A stretch of 64,000 nt of DNA from positions 4,042-68,041 of the forward strand of contig CAYFSW010000124.1 in the NCBI GenBank assembly GCA_964345885.1. The letters run 5' to 3'. This DNA comes from an uncultured Gemmatimonadota bacterium (GTDB lineage Bacteria > Gemmatimonadota > Gemmatimonadetes > Palauibacterales > KS3-K002). The notes beneath the pieces are model-generated. The model was not told where the DNA came from and ran no database searches. It saw only the letters and a program-made list of their open reading frames with translations. Within the stretch, counting starts at the first letter, position 1. Each line of letters begins with the position of its first letter. The translations under genes and the position numbers were made by a program. Of this stretch, positions 8,809-18,053 are shown piece after piece.

Positions 8809-10019
8809 CCTTCGCTCAGCAGCGGGTAAACGTCGTCTTGTGTCTTTGGCGTCGTCACCTCGGGGCCGTCGTGCCCGAGGTAGACGTTGATCTCGGAGCG
8901 GACCCCGAGGTCTTCCTCAGCCATATATACACCGGGCTCGATCGAGAAAGCTACGCCGGGGAGCAGTGTGCGTACGTCGTGGGTCTCGACGCCGTCGATG
9001 TTCGGCCCGAGGCCGTGGACCTCGTTGTCGATGGAGTGGCCGGTCCGGTGGTTGAAGCGGTCGATGAAGCCGGCTTTCTCGATGACCTCACGGCTCGCCG
9101 CGTCCACGTCGCAACCGCGTAACGGTGTCTCGGGATTGCCGAAGTGGTCCACCGCGTACTTGACCGCCGCCTCCCGGGCGCCGTGAACTGCCCGCCACAC
9201 CTCCTGCACGCGGCCAGGGATCTCGGTTCCCATGAAGCCCATCCACGTCTGGTCGGCGAACACCGAGCCGGGTTCCCGCGCCCACAGGTCGATGAGCAGG
9301 ACGCGGCCCTCGACGATTGGCGCGGCGCCCTGTGGGGTCGGTTCGTAGTGGCCGTCGGCGGCGTTGGCGCCGACGCCGACGATCGTGTCGCCTTCGACCA
9401 GCCCCGCATCGTCCATCATCTTCAAGATGGACTCCTTGAGGCCCCATTCGCTGAGGCTGACCCCGGAACGCACCGCCTCCGCCGCCTGCTTGTAGGCGCG
9501 GGCCGCAATGTTCGCTATGGCCTTCGATGTCCGCCGGTGGCTCTCCAGTTCGTCTGGCGTCCAGGTCGCCGCGAACATCGTCGCCAGGTCACCCGACTCC
9601 ACCGGGTGTACCCCCGATCGTCTGATCAGGTCGAGCACGCCGGCTGGCACGCGGTCGAGCTGCGGGACCTTGTCGTCTTCCGAGTACTCCACGGCGAGGC
9701 GTAGCCCCGGCGTCAGCAGCTCCGCCAGCGTCTTCTCCAGCTCCTGCCACTTGAAGTAGACGCGTATCGCGCCCGGCCATTCACTCCACGGTGGCACCTC
9801 CAGCGAGTGGGCGACGGCCACCGGCACCCCCTCGACCGGGATGAGCACGAAGTAGCGGCGGCTCAGCGGTTGCCCGAGTCCTAGCACTCGGCCGGCGACC
9901 GGGTTCGTCGCGTGGTAGTCGTAGAGCAGCCAGCCGTCCAACTCGCTCTCGCGTAACGCCGCCTGGATCGCCCGTAGCCGGTCCGGATCGATGTGTGCGC
10001 GTTGTGCCGTATGAGCCAT
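8784..10019 (-). CDS. M24 family metallopeptidase (Xaa-Pro aminopeptidase/prolidase-like)
   Basis: Pita-bread fold motifs: VLLIDLWA, HRTGHSIDNEVHGLGPNI, FSIEPGVY. Confidence 0.8.
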   Translation of the reverse strand: MAHTAQRAHIDPDRLRAIQAALRESELDGWLLYDYHATNPVAGRVLGLGQPLSRRYFVLIPVEGVPVAVAHSLEVPPWSEWPGAIRVYFKWQELEKTLAELLTPGLRLAVEYSEDDKVPQLDRVPAGVLDLIRRSGVHPVESGDLATMFAATWTPDELESHRRTSKAIANIAARAYKQAAEAVRSGVSLSEWGLKESILKMMDDAGLVEGDTIVGVGANAADGHYEPTPQGAAPIVEGRVLLIDLWAREPGSVFADQTWMGFMGTEIPGRVQEVWRAVHGAREAAVKYAVDHFGNPETPLRGCDVDAASREVIEKAGFIDRFNHRTGHSIDNEVHGLGPNIDGVETHDVRTLLPGVAFSIEPGVYMAEEDLGVRSEINVYLGHDGPEVTTPKTQDDVYPLLSEGWERSSNL

Positions 10020-10025
10020 TGCGAT

Positions 10026-10955
10026 TCAGTCCCCTTGGGTCCGCTCGTCGTCTTCCTCGTCGCGGGCGCCGTTCGCCTTAGTCCCGCGGATCAGCGTCAC
10101 ACCGATCGTACGCTCCTGGCCTAGCAGACTGCGTATCTCGTATTCGCGCGCCACAGCCCCCTTCAGTCCGCGCCAGCCCCATCGCCGCCAGGCGCGCCAC
10201 AGGATCGCCAGCTTGTCGGCCAGCGTGAACAGCTCGGCCAGTTTCGTGAATGTGCGGCCGCGGATCAGGAAGGGGAAGACCTGATCCGACCAGTCCTCGA
10301 CCTGCAGGTCGACCACGTCGGCGCCGCGCAGCGCCTGCTTCCATTCGACCAGCAGCAGCGGGGGGGCGCCGATATGCTGGATCAGGATGCGGCGCTGCTC
10401 CTGGTCGACATGGCCGGTCCAGACCAGGCCGATGAGCACGACTTTCCCGTCCGCCCGAGTTACGCGGCCCAACTCGGCCACCGCTTTGAGCGGGTCGGCC
10501 GAACTGGCCAGCCCCAGCTCGCCGATCGTCAGGTCGAACACGCCGTCTTGGTACGGCAGGTCGTCGACAGGCGCGTTTTGGTAGTGGACCTTCGAGTCGA
10601 CACCCTCGTCGCGGGCACGTTGCTCCGCTACCTCGATCGCCGCCGGGTCCGGGTCGACGCCGGCGACGTCCGCCGGGTAATGCTTGGCGAAGAAGTTGGC
10701 CACCGCCCCGCGTCCGCAGGGGACGTCGATCAGCGAGTTCGGCGCCTCGGTCTCGGACAGGCCAGTGAGCTTCGCGATCTGGCGGTAGAGCTTCTGGTCA
10801 CCGGAGGAGAACCCCCGGGAGCGGCTCAGACGCAGTAAATCAATCATCGAGGGCCCGCGTTCCGGGGCCGGCGGTGAGATTGGAGGTGAAGCCGCGTCTT
10901 GGTCCTCGCCTGGGAGCATGGGCGGAAGTATAGACTGGCCCCGAATAGGGGTCAA
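10026..10955 (-). CDS. Class I SAM-dependent methyltransferase
   Basis: LIDVPCGRGAVANFF is the glycine-rich SAM motif I, followed by VDPDP and VFDLTIGELGL. The start could instead be an internal M (MIDLLRL). Confidence 0.7.
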   Translation of the reverse strand: MTPIRGQSILPPMLPGEDQDAASPPISPPAPERGPSMIDLLRLSRSRGFSSGDQKLYRQIAKLTGLSETEAPNSLIDVPCGRGAVANFFAKHYPADVAGVDPDPAAIEVAEQRARDEGVDSKVHYQNAPVDDLPYQDGVFDLTIGELGLASSADPLKAVAELGRVTRADGKVVLIGLVWTGHVDQEQRRILIQHIGAPPLLLVEWKQALRGADVVDLQVEDWSDQVFPFLIRGRTFTKLAELFTLADKLAILWRAWRRWGWRGLKGAVAREYEIRSLLGQERTIGVTLIRGTKANGARDEEDDERTQGD

Positions 10956-11929
10956 CTCAGATCGAGGCCAGCCAGAGCCGTGATGTGGGCGAGCCCACAG
11001 TCGGCCAGCAGACGCAGGTCGTACCCCCCTTCCAAGACAGAGACGACCCTGCCCCCGCAGTACGAGTCGGCGACCTCGGTAACTCTCCGGGTCAGCTCGT
11101 GGTAGTCGGCCGGCTCGAGTGTGAGTCCGGCGAGTGGATCGCCGCCGGCGGCGTCGAAGCCGGCGGAGATGAAGATGATGTCAGGGCTGAGTCGGGAGGT
11201 CGCGGCCTCGATTCCATCCAGTAGCGCCTTGACGTAGCCCGCGGCAGGGAGGCCCGGTGGCACGGGGAGGTTCAGGGTCGCGCCTTCGCCGGGGCCATGA
11301 CCGCGGTGCATGCTCTGCCCCGTGCCCGGGTAGTGCGGCCACTGGTGCATCGACAGGTAGAATATGTTGGGATCCTCGTAGAAGATCGCCTCGGTCCCGT
11401 TTCCGTGGTGGACGTCCCAGTCGATGATCAGCGCACGCTCGAGACCCTTGCTCTGAGCGTAGCGGGCACCGATCGCCACGTTGTTGAACAGGCAGAAGCC
11501 CATCGCTCGGTCTTCGCTGGCGTGATGGCCCGGCGGCCTCGCGAGGCAGAAGGCGTTTGCGGCGCTGCCGTCAAGCAGCGCATCGACCGCGGTCAGCACG
11601 GTGCCGGCCGCCGCCAGCGCCGCGTTCCACGAGCCGGGCGACACAGCTGTGTCGGCGTCAAGGTGCACGATACCGCCGAGTGCGGCGGAACGGCGAACCG
11701 CCTGGCTTACTCGTTGGACGTGCGAGACAGGGTGCACCAGCGTGAGGTGCTCATCGGCGGCGTGTGCGCACTCGACGCGTTGGACGCGCGTCTCGAATCG
11801 CGTCAGCGAGTCGTCCAGCGCTGCGTGTAACGCCCGGAGTCTGTCCGCTCTCTCTGGATGTCCCGGCCCGGTGTCGTGCTGCTCGCAGTCGGGATGGTAG
11901 ACGACCAAAGTCGGTGCTCTAGGCATCAC
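10952..11929 (-). CDS. Histone deacetylase family protein (AcuC/HDAC-like amidohydrolase)
   Basis: CLARPPGHHA, IIDWDVHHGNGTEAIF and SAGFDAAGGDPL are hallmark HDAC motifs. Confidence 0.85.
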   Translation of the reverse strand: MMPRAPTLVVYHPDCEQHDTGPGHPERADRLRALHAALDDSLTRFETRVQRVECAHAADEHLTLVHPVSHVQRVSQAVRRSAALGGIVHLDADTAVSPGSWNAALAAAGTVLTAVDALLDGSAANAFCLARPPGHHASEDRAMGFCLFNNVAIGARYAQSKGLERALIIDWDVHHGNGTEAIFYEDPNIFYLSMHQWPHYPGTGQSMHRGHGPGEGATLNLPVPPGLPAAGYVKALLDGIEAATSRLSPDIIFISAGFDAAGGDPLAGLTLEPADYHELTRRVTEVADSYCGGRVVSVLEGGYDLRLLADCGLAHITALAGLDLS

Positions 11930-11934
11930 GATGA

Positions 11935-12131
11935 CTCAATATCCATTATCCGACACCCACTGACCAGATGTTCAAGGTGTTTTCAGGTGGCAAGAATCAA
12001 GTCGCAACATCCATCGAGACAAGAGTGCGGCCAGCCGGTCATCCTTGTGCCGGTGGACGTCCGATATTCATACCTGACACTCGAACAAACCTCGAGATTT
12101 GGGAAGTGGATGTTGATTACTGGATATTGAG
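11935..12131. mobile_element. MITE-like element, copy B of the TIR family
   Basis: Left end ctcaatatccattatccgacacccactgaccagatgttcaagg, right end ggatgttgattactggatattgag. The left end lies 6 bp upstream of the HDAC-family start codon. Confidence 0.6.
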
Positions 12132-12147
12132 ATAGACAGCCGCGCTC

Positions 12148-12657
12148 CTAGTCGCGCGCCAGTCGCCGGAGCAAGTCCGGATGGCGACGCCAGAAGTAGC
12201 CGATCATCGAGGCGCCGGCTAGGAAGTTGCCCACGAGCACGGCCGGCCAGTTGACCGCGCCGAGCACCGGCTCGACGAAGGCCAGGACGTACGTGTAATA
12301 GACGAACTCGAAGAAGACTACGAGGAAGAAGGTGCCCGGGATCATCAGCGGCGGCGTTCGCTCGAACAGCGCGACGGCCCACGCGACCATGAGGCCGGCA
12401 ACTATGAAGGCCAGCCCGTGAAACAGCGTGTAGCCGGCCACCAGGCCGACGATCGAGCCCGAGGCCGATGCGGGCCCGCCAAATAGGCGCGCGCCCAGCA
12501 AGGCCGGGGTGTGGAAGGGCTGGCCCGCCAGGGTGTCGGTGACGAAGAACCATAACGCCAGGGCGGCGGCGCTGAGCAGGCCGCCGACGGTACCCTCGAG
12601 AGCGAGCGCCGACATCGCCGGTTTGGCGCCGAAACGATCTGACCCCGAGATCTGCAT
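12148..12657 (-). CDS. Hypothetical integral membrane protein (about 4 TM helices)
   Basis: Hydrophobic segments throughout and no recognisable motif. The gene is flanked on both sides by same-orientation MITE copies B and C. Confidence 0.5.
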   Translation of the reverse strand: MQISGSDRFGAKPAMSALALEGTVGGLLSAAALALWFFVTDTLAGQPFHTPALLGARLFGGPASASGSIVGLVAGYTLFHGLAFIVAGLMVAWAVALFERTPPLMIPGTFFLVVFFEFVYYTYVLAFVEPVLGAVNWPAVLVGNFLAGASMIGYFWRRHPDLLRRLARD

Positions 12658-12742
12658 AAGCCCTTTAAGCTGTTCGTGGTTGGGCGGCGAGTCGTCTTTT
12701 TAGGAACGGGTGTGAAAAGGAGCGGGTTCCGCTGCGTGACAC

Positions 12743-12940
12743 TTCAATATCCAATATCCGACATCCAGTGGCCACATGTTCAAGGTGTAAGCAGGTGGCG
12801 GTTATCAAGCCCCAATGTCAATCCCGGCAAGGATACACGGCCAACGCTTCATCCTTACCCGCTGGGCATCGGACATTAAAACCTGACACTTGAACTGTCC
12901 TTGGGATTCGATGATCGGATATTCGTTACTGGATATTGAA
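12743..12940. mobile_element. MITE-like element, copy C of the TIR family
   Basis: Left end ttcaatatccaatatccgacatccagtggccacatgttcaagg, right end gatcggatattcgttactggatattgaa. Confidence 0.6.
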
Positions 12941-12955
12941 ATGACCCACCGCAGT

Positions 12956-13969
12956 TCAGCTGATCTCCAGTGTCGGCATGCGGGCGCGCAGATACTGCTC
13001 GCAATCGCGGATCGGGTAGAGTAGCACGTGCCAGCGCGGGTCCGGCAGGGCGAGGGGCGCCGTCTCGGCCAGGAGCCAGCGGCTCAAGTCGTCGGCGACG
13101 TCGATGGTCTCGGGATCGGCTCGGCCTTCGATGCGCGCCAGGGCCCAGTAGATGTCGTGACCGCCGGGCGGCCGCAGTCGCAGGTACCAGCTGTAGACCT
13201 CGCCCACCTCGGGTCGCAGAGGCTTGAAGATGGAGGAACGTTGGCCGGCGCTCATCCCCAGGGTCACCTCCATCGCCGTCGGAGACAGGAACTGGGTGCG
13301 GTGGCTCTTCACCAGGCCGGCGGCGCGCCCCGATTTCAACAGGCCCGGATCGATGGCCAGCCGGCCGTCCACAAGCAGCCAGCCCGTGCCCGGGCTCTCC
13401 GTCGACCACCGCCTGGCCAGGCGCCGCTCGATGATCGATCGATGCAGCTTGACGGCGGACCGCCCCAGCTCGGCGAGCCTGATCGGGTGGAGGTCGCTGG
13501 CCTCCGCCTGGCTGTCGATCAGCGCCGCTTCCGGTAGGCCGAGCTCGAGGAAGCGATCGGGAGGCAGCAGGGCGTGAGGGAAGGCGAGGATCTCCTCCTC
13601 GACCACCGCCCAGGTCGTGAACTCGCGCTCGCTGCGCCTCCGGATGACCGCCGCCACGTAGCCGTGGACGATGGGGACGACGCCGAGATATCCGCCGATG
13701 CGGGTGTGCTCTATCCCGTCGAGAAAGAACTCGAAGCCCGATTCGAGCGGCGAGCCGACGGGGTGAGTCGCGAAGCTTCCGTCACCCTCGACTATCTCTG
13801 CCTCACCGAAGGCGGTCGGCTCGGGCGGTGGCTCGAGTTGCGGGCCGCCGCCCCGGATCGGGCGCCAGCCGGAGCCAAGCCCGTCACCCAGGTCGAGCAG
13901 GCGCCGCCAGATGGCGGCCCCCCCGCTCGGTTGATCTGGGCGCTCGAGCCCTCTACTTTCGCCAGGCAT
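12956..13969 (-). CDS. Hypothetical protein (337 aa, no confidently recognised domain)
   Basis: Long ORF with coding-like composition. Start taken as ATG 13967-13969. The 119 aa N-terminal extension of ORF 12956..14326 was rejected because it overlaps the divergent lipoprotein gene. Confidence 0.45.
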   Translation of the reverse strand: MPGESRGLERPDQPSGGAAIWRRLLDLGDGLGSGWRPIRGGGPQLEPPPEPTAFGEAEIVEGDGSFATHPVGSPLESGFEFFLDGIEHTRIGGYLGVVPIVHGYVAAVIRRRSEREFTTWAVVEEEILAFPHALLPPDRFLELGLPEAALIDSQAEASDLHPIRLAELGRSAVKLHRSIIERRLARRWSTESPGTGWLLVDGRLAIDPGLLKSGRAAGLVKSHRTQFLSPTAMEVTLGMSAGQRSSIFKPLRPEVGEVYSWYLRLRPPGGHDIYWALARIEGRADPETIDVADDLSRWLLAETAPLALPDPRWHVLLYPIRDCEQYLRARMPTLEIS

Positions 13970-15029
13970 GGGTCTTATGAATAGGAGTTCCCGGCTCTGT
14001 CTACAACGGGTCCGCGAGGCTCGAACCCTGGCGGCGCTGGTCGCGTTGGCTCTGCTTTCCGGGTGCGACAATGTCGAGTGGGGCGGCATATCGGTCGAGC
14101 TGCGGGAGCCCGTGTATGAGATCGCCGATTCGAGTGCGGCGCTCGACAGCGTGGCCGAGCCGCCTCCCTTGGCGATGCCCACCGGGCCGCTGCTCTTCCA
14201 TGTGCGGCAAACCGATGAGAACGGCAGCGCGGTTATCGAGCCGGTGGTCGAGATATCGGCGGACGAGCTGAGGGCAGTAGGGCCGCTACGGGCCGGGCGC
14301 GCGCCCGAGTACGTTGACGAGTTCATCGCCCGCTACTACGGGACCGACCAGGCGTACACCCTGTTCCGCGGCGGCGCCCGTGTCGGGACCTTCTACGTAC
14401 GCGCGCCTGCCGTCGGCGGCTCGGGCCTCTGCCTGGAACTGAGGGCCGAAGGGCAAGTAGAGTACAGGCCGCGGGCCGACACGCTGAGCGAGTTCCTCGC
14501 CTGGTCACCCGGAGTGCGGGCCGGCCGAGATACCCTCGCCGTCCCGGCCTATCGCTCCGACATGCTGTCGCTGTCCCAAGTGCTGGCGCGCCTTGGCGTG
14601 CGGGAGCGCGAGGTCCCCGGCGTCTGGCGGTTCAGGGCGCCGGCGGATCTGCGGGCCCTGCGCGTCGGTACGGGGTCGAGGGGCTTCGCGGCGACCTTCG
14701 TCGTAGGCGACTCGTTGGGCACCGGCTCGCCGGCCGACTCGGCGGGCTCGGTATTCATCGTCGCCGACTACGACCCTTCGCGCGGGTACTTCCCGATCTA
14801 CTTCGACGCGGCCTGGTACGGTCCCGGCCAGAAGCGCGCCCTGCGCTGGCTGGACGCCGTCGAGCTGTCGGGCGACGCCGAGCTTGAGTGGTTGCTGCGC
14901 GCGTACGGGGATGCGGGGGCCTGGTATGAGCTCGTCGGTCGGGGTACCGTGCGCGATACCGTGAGGACGGTACTCTGGTCCAGTCGGCAACCGCTCTGCG
15001 AGGCGGAGAGTTCGGCCGGCGGACGCTGA
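13968..15029 (+). CDS. Hypothetical lipoprotein
   Basis: Signal peptide plus lipobox LALLSGCD. The start is either ATG 13968 or ATG 13977. Confidence 0.6.
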   Translation: MGLMNRSSRLCLQRVREARTLAALVALALLSGCDNVEWGGISVELREPVYEIADSSAALDSVAEPPPLAMPTGPLLFHVRQTDENGSAVIEPVVEISADELRAVGPLRAGRAPEYVDEFIARYYGTDQAYTLFRGGARVGTFYVRAPAVGGSGLCLELRAEGQVEYRPRADTLSEFLAWSPGVRAGRDTLAVPAYRSDMLSLSQVLARLGVREREVPGVWRFRAPADLRALRVGTGSRGFAATFVVGDSLGTGSPADSAGSVFIVADYDPSRGYFPIYFDAAWYGPGQKRALRWLDAVELSGDAELEWLLRAYGDAGAWYELVGRGTVRDTVRTVLWSSRQPLCEAESSAGGR

Positions 15030-15058
15030 CCGGTTCAGTTAGGGTGAACAGAACGATC

Positions 15059-15090
15059 GAGGGCTGACCGCCAGTCGGCGGTCAGCCCTC
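15059..15090. terminator. Perfect hairpin (14 bp stem, 4 nt loop) between convergent genes
   Basis: gagggctgaccgcc agtc ggcggtcagccctc lies between the lipoprotein stop (15029) and the TonB-receptor stop (15119). Confidence 0.6.
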
Positions 15091-15118
15091 GTGCGTTGGT
15101 ACCCGGCGCTGCCGTGGA

Positions 15119-17962
15119 TCAGAATGACTGTTGCACCCGCAGCAACCACACGCTCGCCAGCTCCGGCGCGCCAATCATCTGGATGTGCCTGTCATTCAGG
15201 ATGTTGGTGCCGGTCAGCGAGACGACGGTCGAGCGGGAGATGGGCAAAGCGTAGCTGATGTTGAGGTCAAGCAGCGCGTAATCTTCCACGCAGACGTTAT
15301 CGCCTAGGTCGCAACGCTGGCCGACCGCGTCGTTGCTCACATATACGCCAGTCTTGACAGGGAAGCCCTCCACGTAGCGTCCACGTGCCTCGACCGTGAG
15401 TCCCAACCGCTCGCTGCGATAGGTGGTACTTACCGAGCCCTTGTTCTTCGGCGAGTTGAGTGCCAGGTCGGCGGGTGCGTCGATCTCGGCTGCTGTGAAA
15501 AGGTTCTCGCTCACGTACGAGTAGCTGCCCGTGAAGCTCAGCCAGTTGGTGGCGATGAACGTGGCGCCGATGTCGGCTCCCCAGAGGTCGAAGTCACGGA
15601 TGTTCCGGTACGTGAGGATGATCGTCGACGGGTCGAGAAAACCCTGAATGCTGGGATCGACCCACTGCGCGCCTGGCGGCAGATCTGTCTGGATCGTCGG
15701 ATCGACCTCATTGGGCGTGACGATTCCCCACGGTACGTCGGAGGCGCCGTCGGCGAGAGCATCGAGTACCAGGTCTGGGAGCGGCAGGCCAAGCCGGTCG
15801 CGCTCCGACTTGAGGTAAGCAGCCAGGGTGGTCCCATCCACGAAGACATTGGGTGTCTCGACAAGCAGCGGACTGATGAAGTCTTCGACCTTCGAGTAGT
15901 AGACGTCGATGCCGATCAGCAGACGGTCACCAATCAGACCTTTGTAGCCGGCCTCGAACGTGTTGGTGATCATTGGCTTGGTTTGAGGTACAGGCTGGAC
16001 CCCACTGACCGGATCGAACGAGCCCGTTGTTGGGTTCAGTGCGGCCAACCCGACCAGCACGTCCGCGGCGGTGGGCGCGTTCATCAGACTAAGGGCTGCC
16101 CCCAAGTCCGGGTCAGTCTGGGTTGCCAGATTCACTACGAAAGGCCAAATAGCCATCGGGTCCACCGGCAGCGGGCCAGCTTCGGGCGGCAGGAACCCCG
16201 AGCGCATGCAAAGCCCTTCCTGACCCAACGAGTTCATGCAATTCTCGCTGAACGTGAAGCCGCCTTCCGGCGCGCCCCGCCCACGCACTGGGTACGGGAG
16301 CAGCACACCGGGCTGACCCGGGACCGGCAGACCCGGCGCCGACAGCTTGTCGAGGAACAGGTTGTTGCTGGACGGCTGGCTGAAGGCACGGTTGTAAGTA
16401 GCCCGCAGGCTGTGCCCCTCCGCCGGTTTGAAGACGACCGCGGCACGCGGCGACCACAGCAGGTCGTCGACCACGTCGTGGTAGTCGGCCCGCAGCGCCA
16501 GAACGAGGTCGAACATCGGCGACAGCTCGGTCTCGGACTGCAGGTACCCGCCGACCTCCCAGATGTTGTCCGCGTCCTCGTTACGGCCGTTGATTATGCC
16601 TTCGGTCCGAGGGGTCGTGCGGATTAGGTCGGCGCCGTAGGTGAAACGCTGGCGCTCGCCGAGCAGGGTGCCGTGCTGGAGCTGAGCAGCCCAGAGCATC
16701 GAGTTGTCGGTTACCAGCTGGTTGTCACGCAGCGTGAAGCTGTCGCCGGCATCGCTCATGTTGAGGTAGGCCTGGGCGAACAGATTACCGCGGTTGAATC
16801 GCGCCTGAGCGTAGGAGTATGTCCAGTCGAGCGCCTGGGCGGCGCCGATTCCGGTCATCTCGATGCTGCTGACCATACGCGATACGCCGCCGTTCACCGT
16901 CAGCGTGCTCTGATCGTCGAGCCGGAAGTCGAAGCGCAGGTCGCCGCTGAACCTCTCCTGACGGTAGTCGCGCTGCGCGTCTACGGCTTGCTCAGCTGGA
17001 TCCACGTACTTGAAGTCGGTGCCGTTGAAATACATGCCCGACAGCTTGTAACCAACGTTGTCGCCGACCAGGCCGGCGTGGCGGAAGGAGACCTGCCCGA
17101 GGGCCTCGGTGCCGCCGGTGTTGTTGCCGCTGCGCGCTCCGCCGTAAAGGCTGACGGTCGTGCCCTGGTGGTCGAGCGGCGAGCGCGTGATGAGGTGCAT
17201 CACGCCCTTGTCGACGTTCGGACCATAGAGGGCGGAGCCGGGTCCGAGCACGAACTCGATCCGGTCGATGTCCTCGTTCGTCGCCGGTATCAGGTTGTAG
17301 GCGTTGAAGCGCAGCGAAGGTACCGACGCCCAGCGGTTGTCCGTCAGCACGAATAGCGCGCCGGAAAAGACATTGTTGAAGCCGCGCGCTACAACGTTGT
17401 GCTGGGCCAGGCCAGTCGTCACCACGTCGGCGCCCGGCAGCGAGCGCATGTGATCGACGGCCGTCGTCGTTGTCCGCTCCTGGATCTCCTCCGACTCGAC
17501 GGTATAGACCGACGCCGGCGAATCGAGGGCCTTCTCCTGGGTCCGCGAGGCCGTGACCACAACCGGGTTCAGGCGGAACACGATTGAGGTGAGCTCCACC
17601 GTTCCGACGGAGGTGGCTCCGGTCGAAACGTCAACGCCATCCACACGCTTCGTCTCGTAGAAGTCCGAGGTGAAGACGAGCGAGTAGCTCCCCGACGCGA
17701 TGCCGGTGAATCGGAACCCTCCGTCGGCGTCGGTGCTCGTCGAGGCCACCGCGCTGCCCGCCAGACCCGTAGTCACCTCAACTCTGACGGCTTCGACCGG
17801 CGCGCCGGTCTCGACGTCGATTACCCGTCCCGTGACGGTCCCCTGCTGGGCTAGAGCGTGGCCCTGGACGCCGAAGACCAGCGCCAGAGCCGCGACGGCG
17901 CCCAAGAGCCGCTGGCTCGTGTAACGCCTTGGCGGGCTGATGGTTAGGGGATGTGTCTCCAT
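15119..17962 (-). CDS. TonB-dependent receptor with N-terminal carboxypeptidase-regulatory-like domain
   Basis: 947 aa with a signal peptide. VTGRVIDVETGAPVEAVRV is a CarbopepD_reg-like domain, followed by a plug and a beta-barrel, and the protein ends ...LLRVQQSF with a C-terminal aromatic residue. Confidence 0.9.
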   Translation of the reverse strand: METHPLTISPPRRYTSQRLLGAVAALALVFGVQGHALAQQGTVTGRVIDVETGAPVEAVRVEVTTGLAGSAVASTSTDADGGFRFTGIASGSYSLVFTSDFYETKRVDGVDVSTGATSVGTVELTSIVFRLNPVVVTASRTQEKALDSPASVYTVESEEIQERTTTTAVDHMRSLPGADVVTTGLAQHNVVARGFNNVFSGALFVLTDNRWASVPSLRFNAYNLIPATNEDIDRIEFVLGPGSALYGPNVDKGVMHLITRSPLDHQGTTVSLYGGARSGNNTGGTEALGQVSFRHAGLVGDNVGYKLSGMYFNGTDFKYVDPAEQAVDAQRDYRQERFSGDLRFDFRLDDQSTLTVNGGVSRMVSSIEMTGIGAAQALDWTYSYAQARFNRGNLFAQAYLNMSDAGDSFTLRDNQLVTDNSMLWAAQLQHGTLLGERQRFTYGADLIRTTPRTEGIINGRNEDADNIWEVGGYLQSETELSPMFDLVLALRADYHDVVDDLLWSPRAAVVFKPAEGHSLRATYNRAFSQPSSNNLFLDKLSAPGLPVPGQPGVLLPYPVRGRGAPEGGFTFSENCMNSLGQEGLCMRSGFLPPEAGPLPVDPMAIWPFVVNLATQTDPDLGAALSLMNAPTAADVLVGLAALNPTTGSFDPVSGVQPVPQTKPMITNTFEAGYKGLIGDRLLIGIDVYYSKVEDFISPLLVETPNVFVDGTTLAAYLKSERDRLGLPLPDLVLDALADGASDVPWGIVTPNEVDPTIQTDLPPGAQWVDPSIQGFLDPSTIILTYRNIRDFDLWGADIGATFIATNWLSFTGSYSYVSENLFTAAEIDAPADLALNSPKNKGSVSTTYRSERLGLTVEARGRYVEGFPVKTGVYVSNDAVGQRCDLGDNVCVEDYALLDLNISYALPISRSTVVSLTGTNILNDRHIQMIGAPELASVWLLRVQQSF

Positions 17963-18053
17963 TGTGTACCCCTCCGTGCAGGATTACGGACACGTTACAG
18001 TTCTGACTTTTTGACGGGTAGAGAGGACAAACTACACTTTTCGACCGTTTCCG

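Noticed and set aside
13970-14326. 119-codon N-terminal extension of the 12956..14326 ORF
   Set aside because: Ser/Thr/Ala-rich low-complexity, and it overlaps the divergent lipoprotein gene. An ATG at 13969 gives a compact gene boundary.
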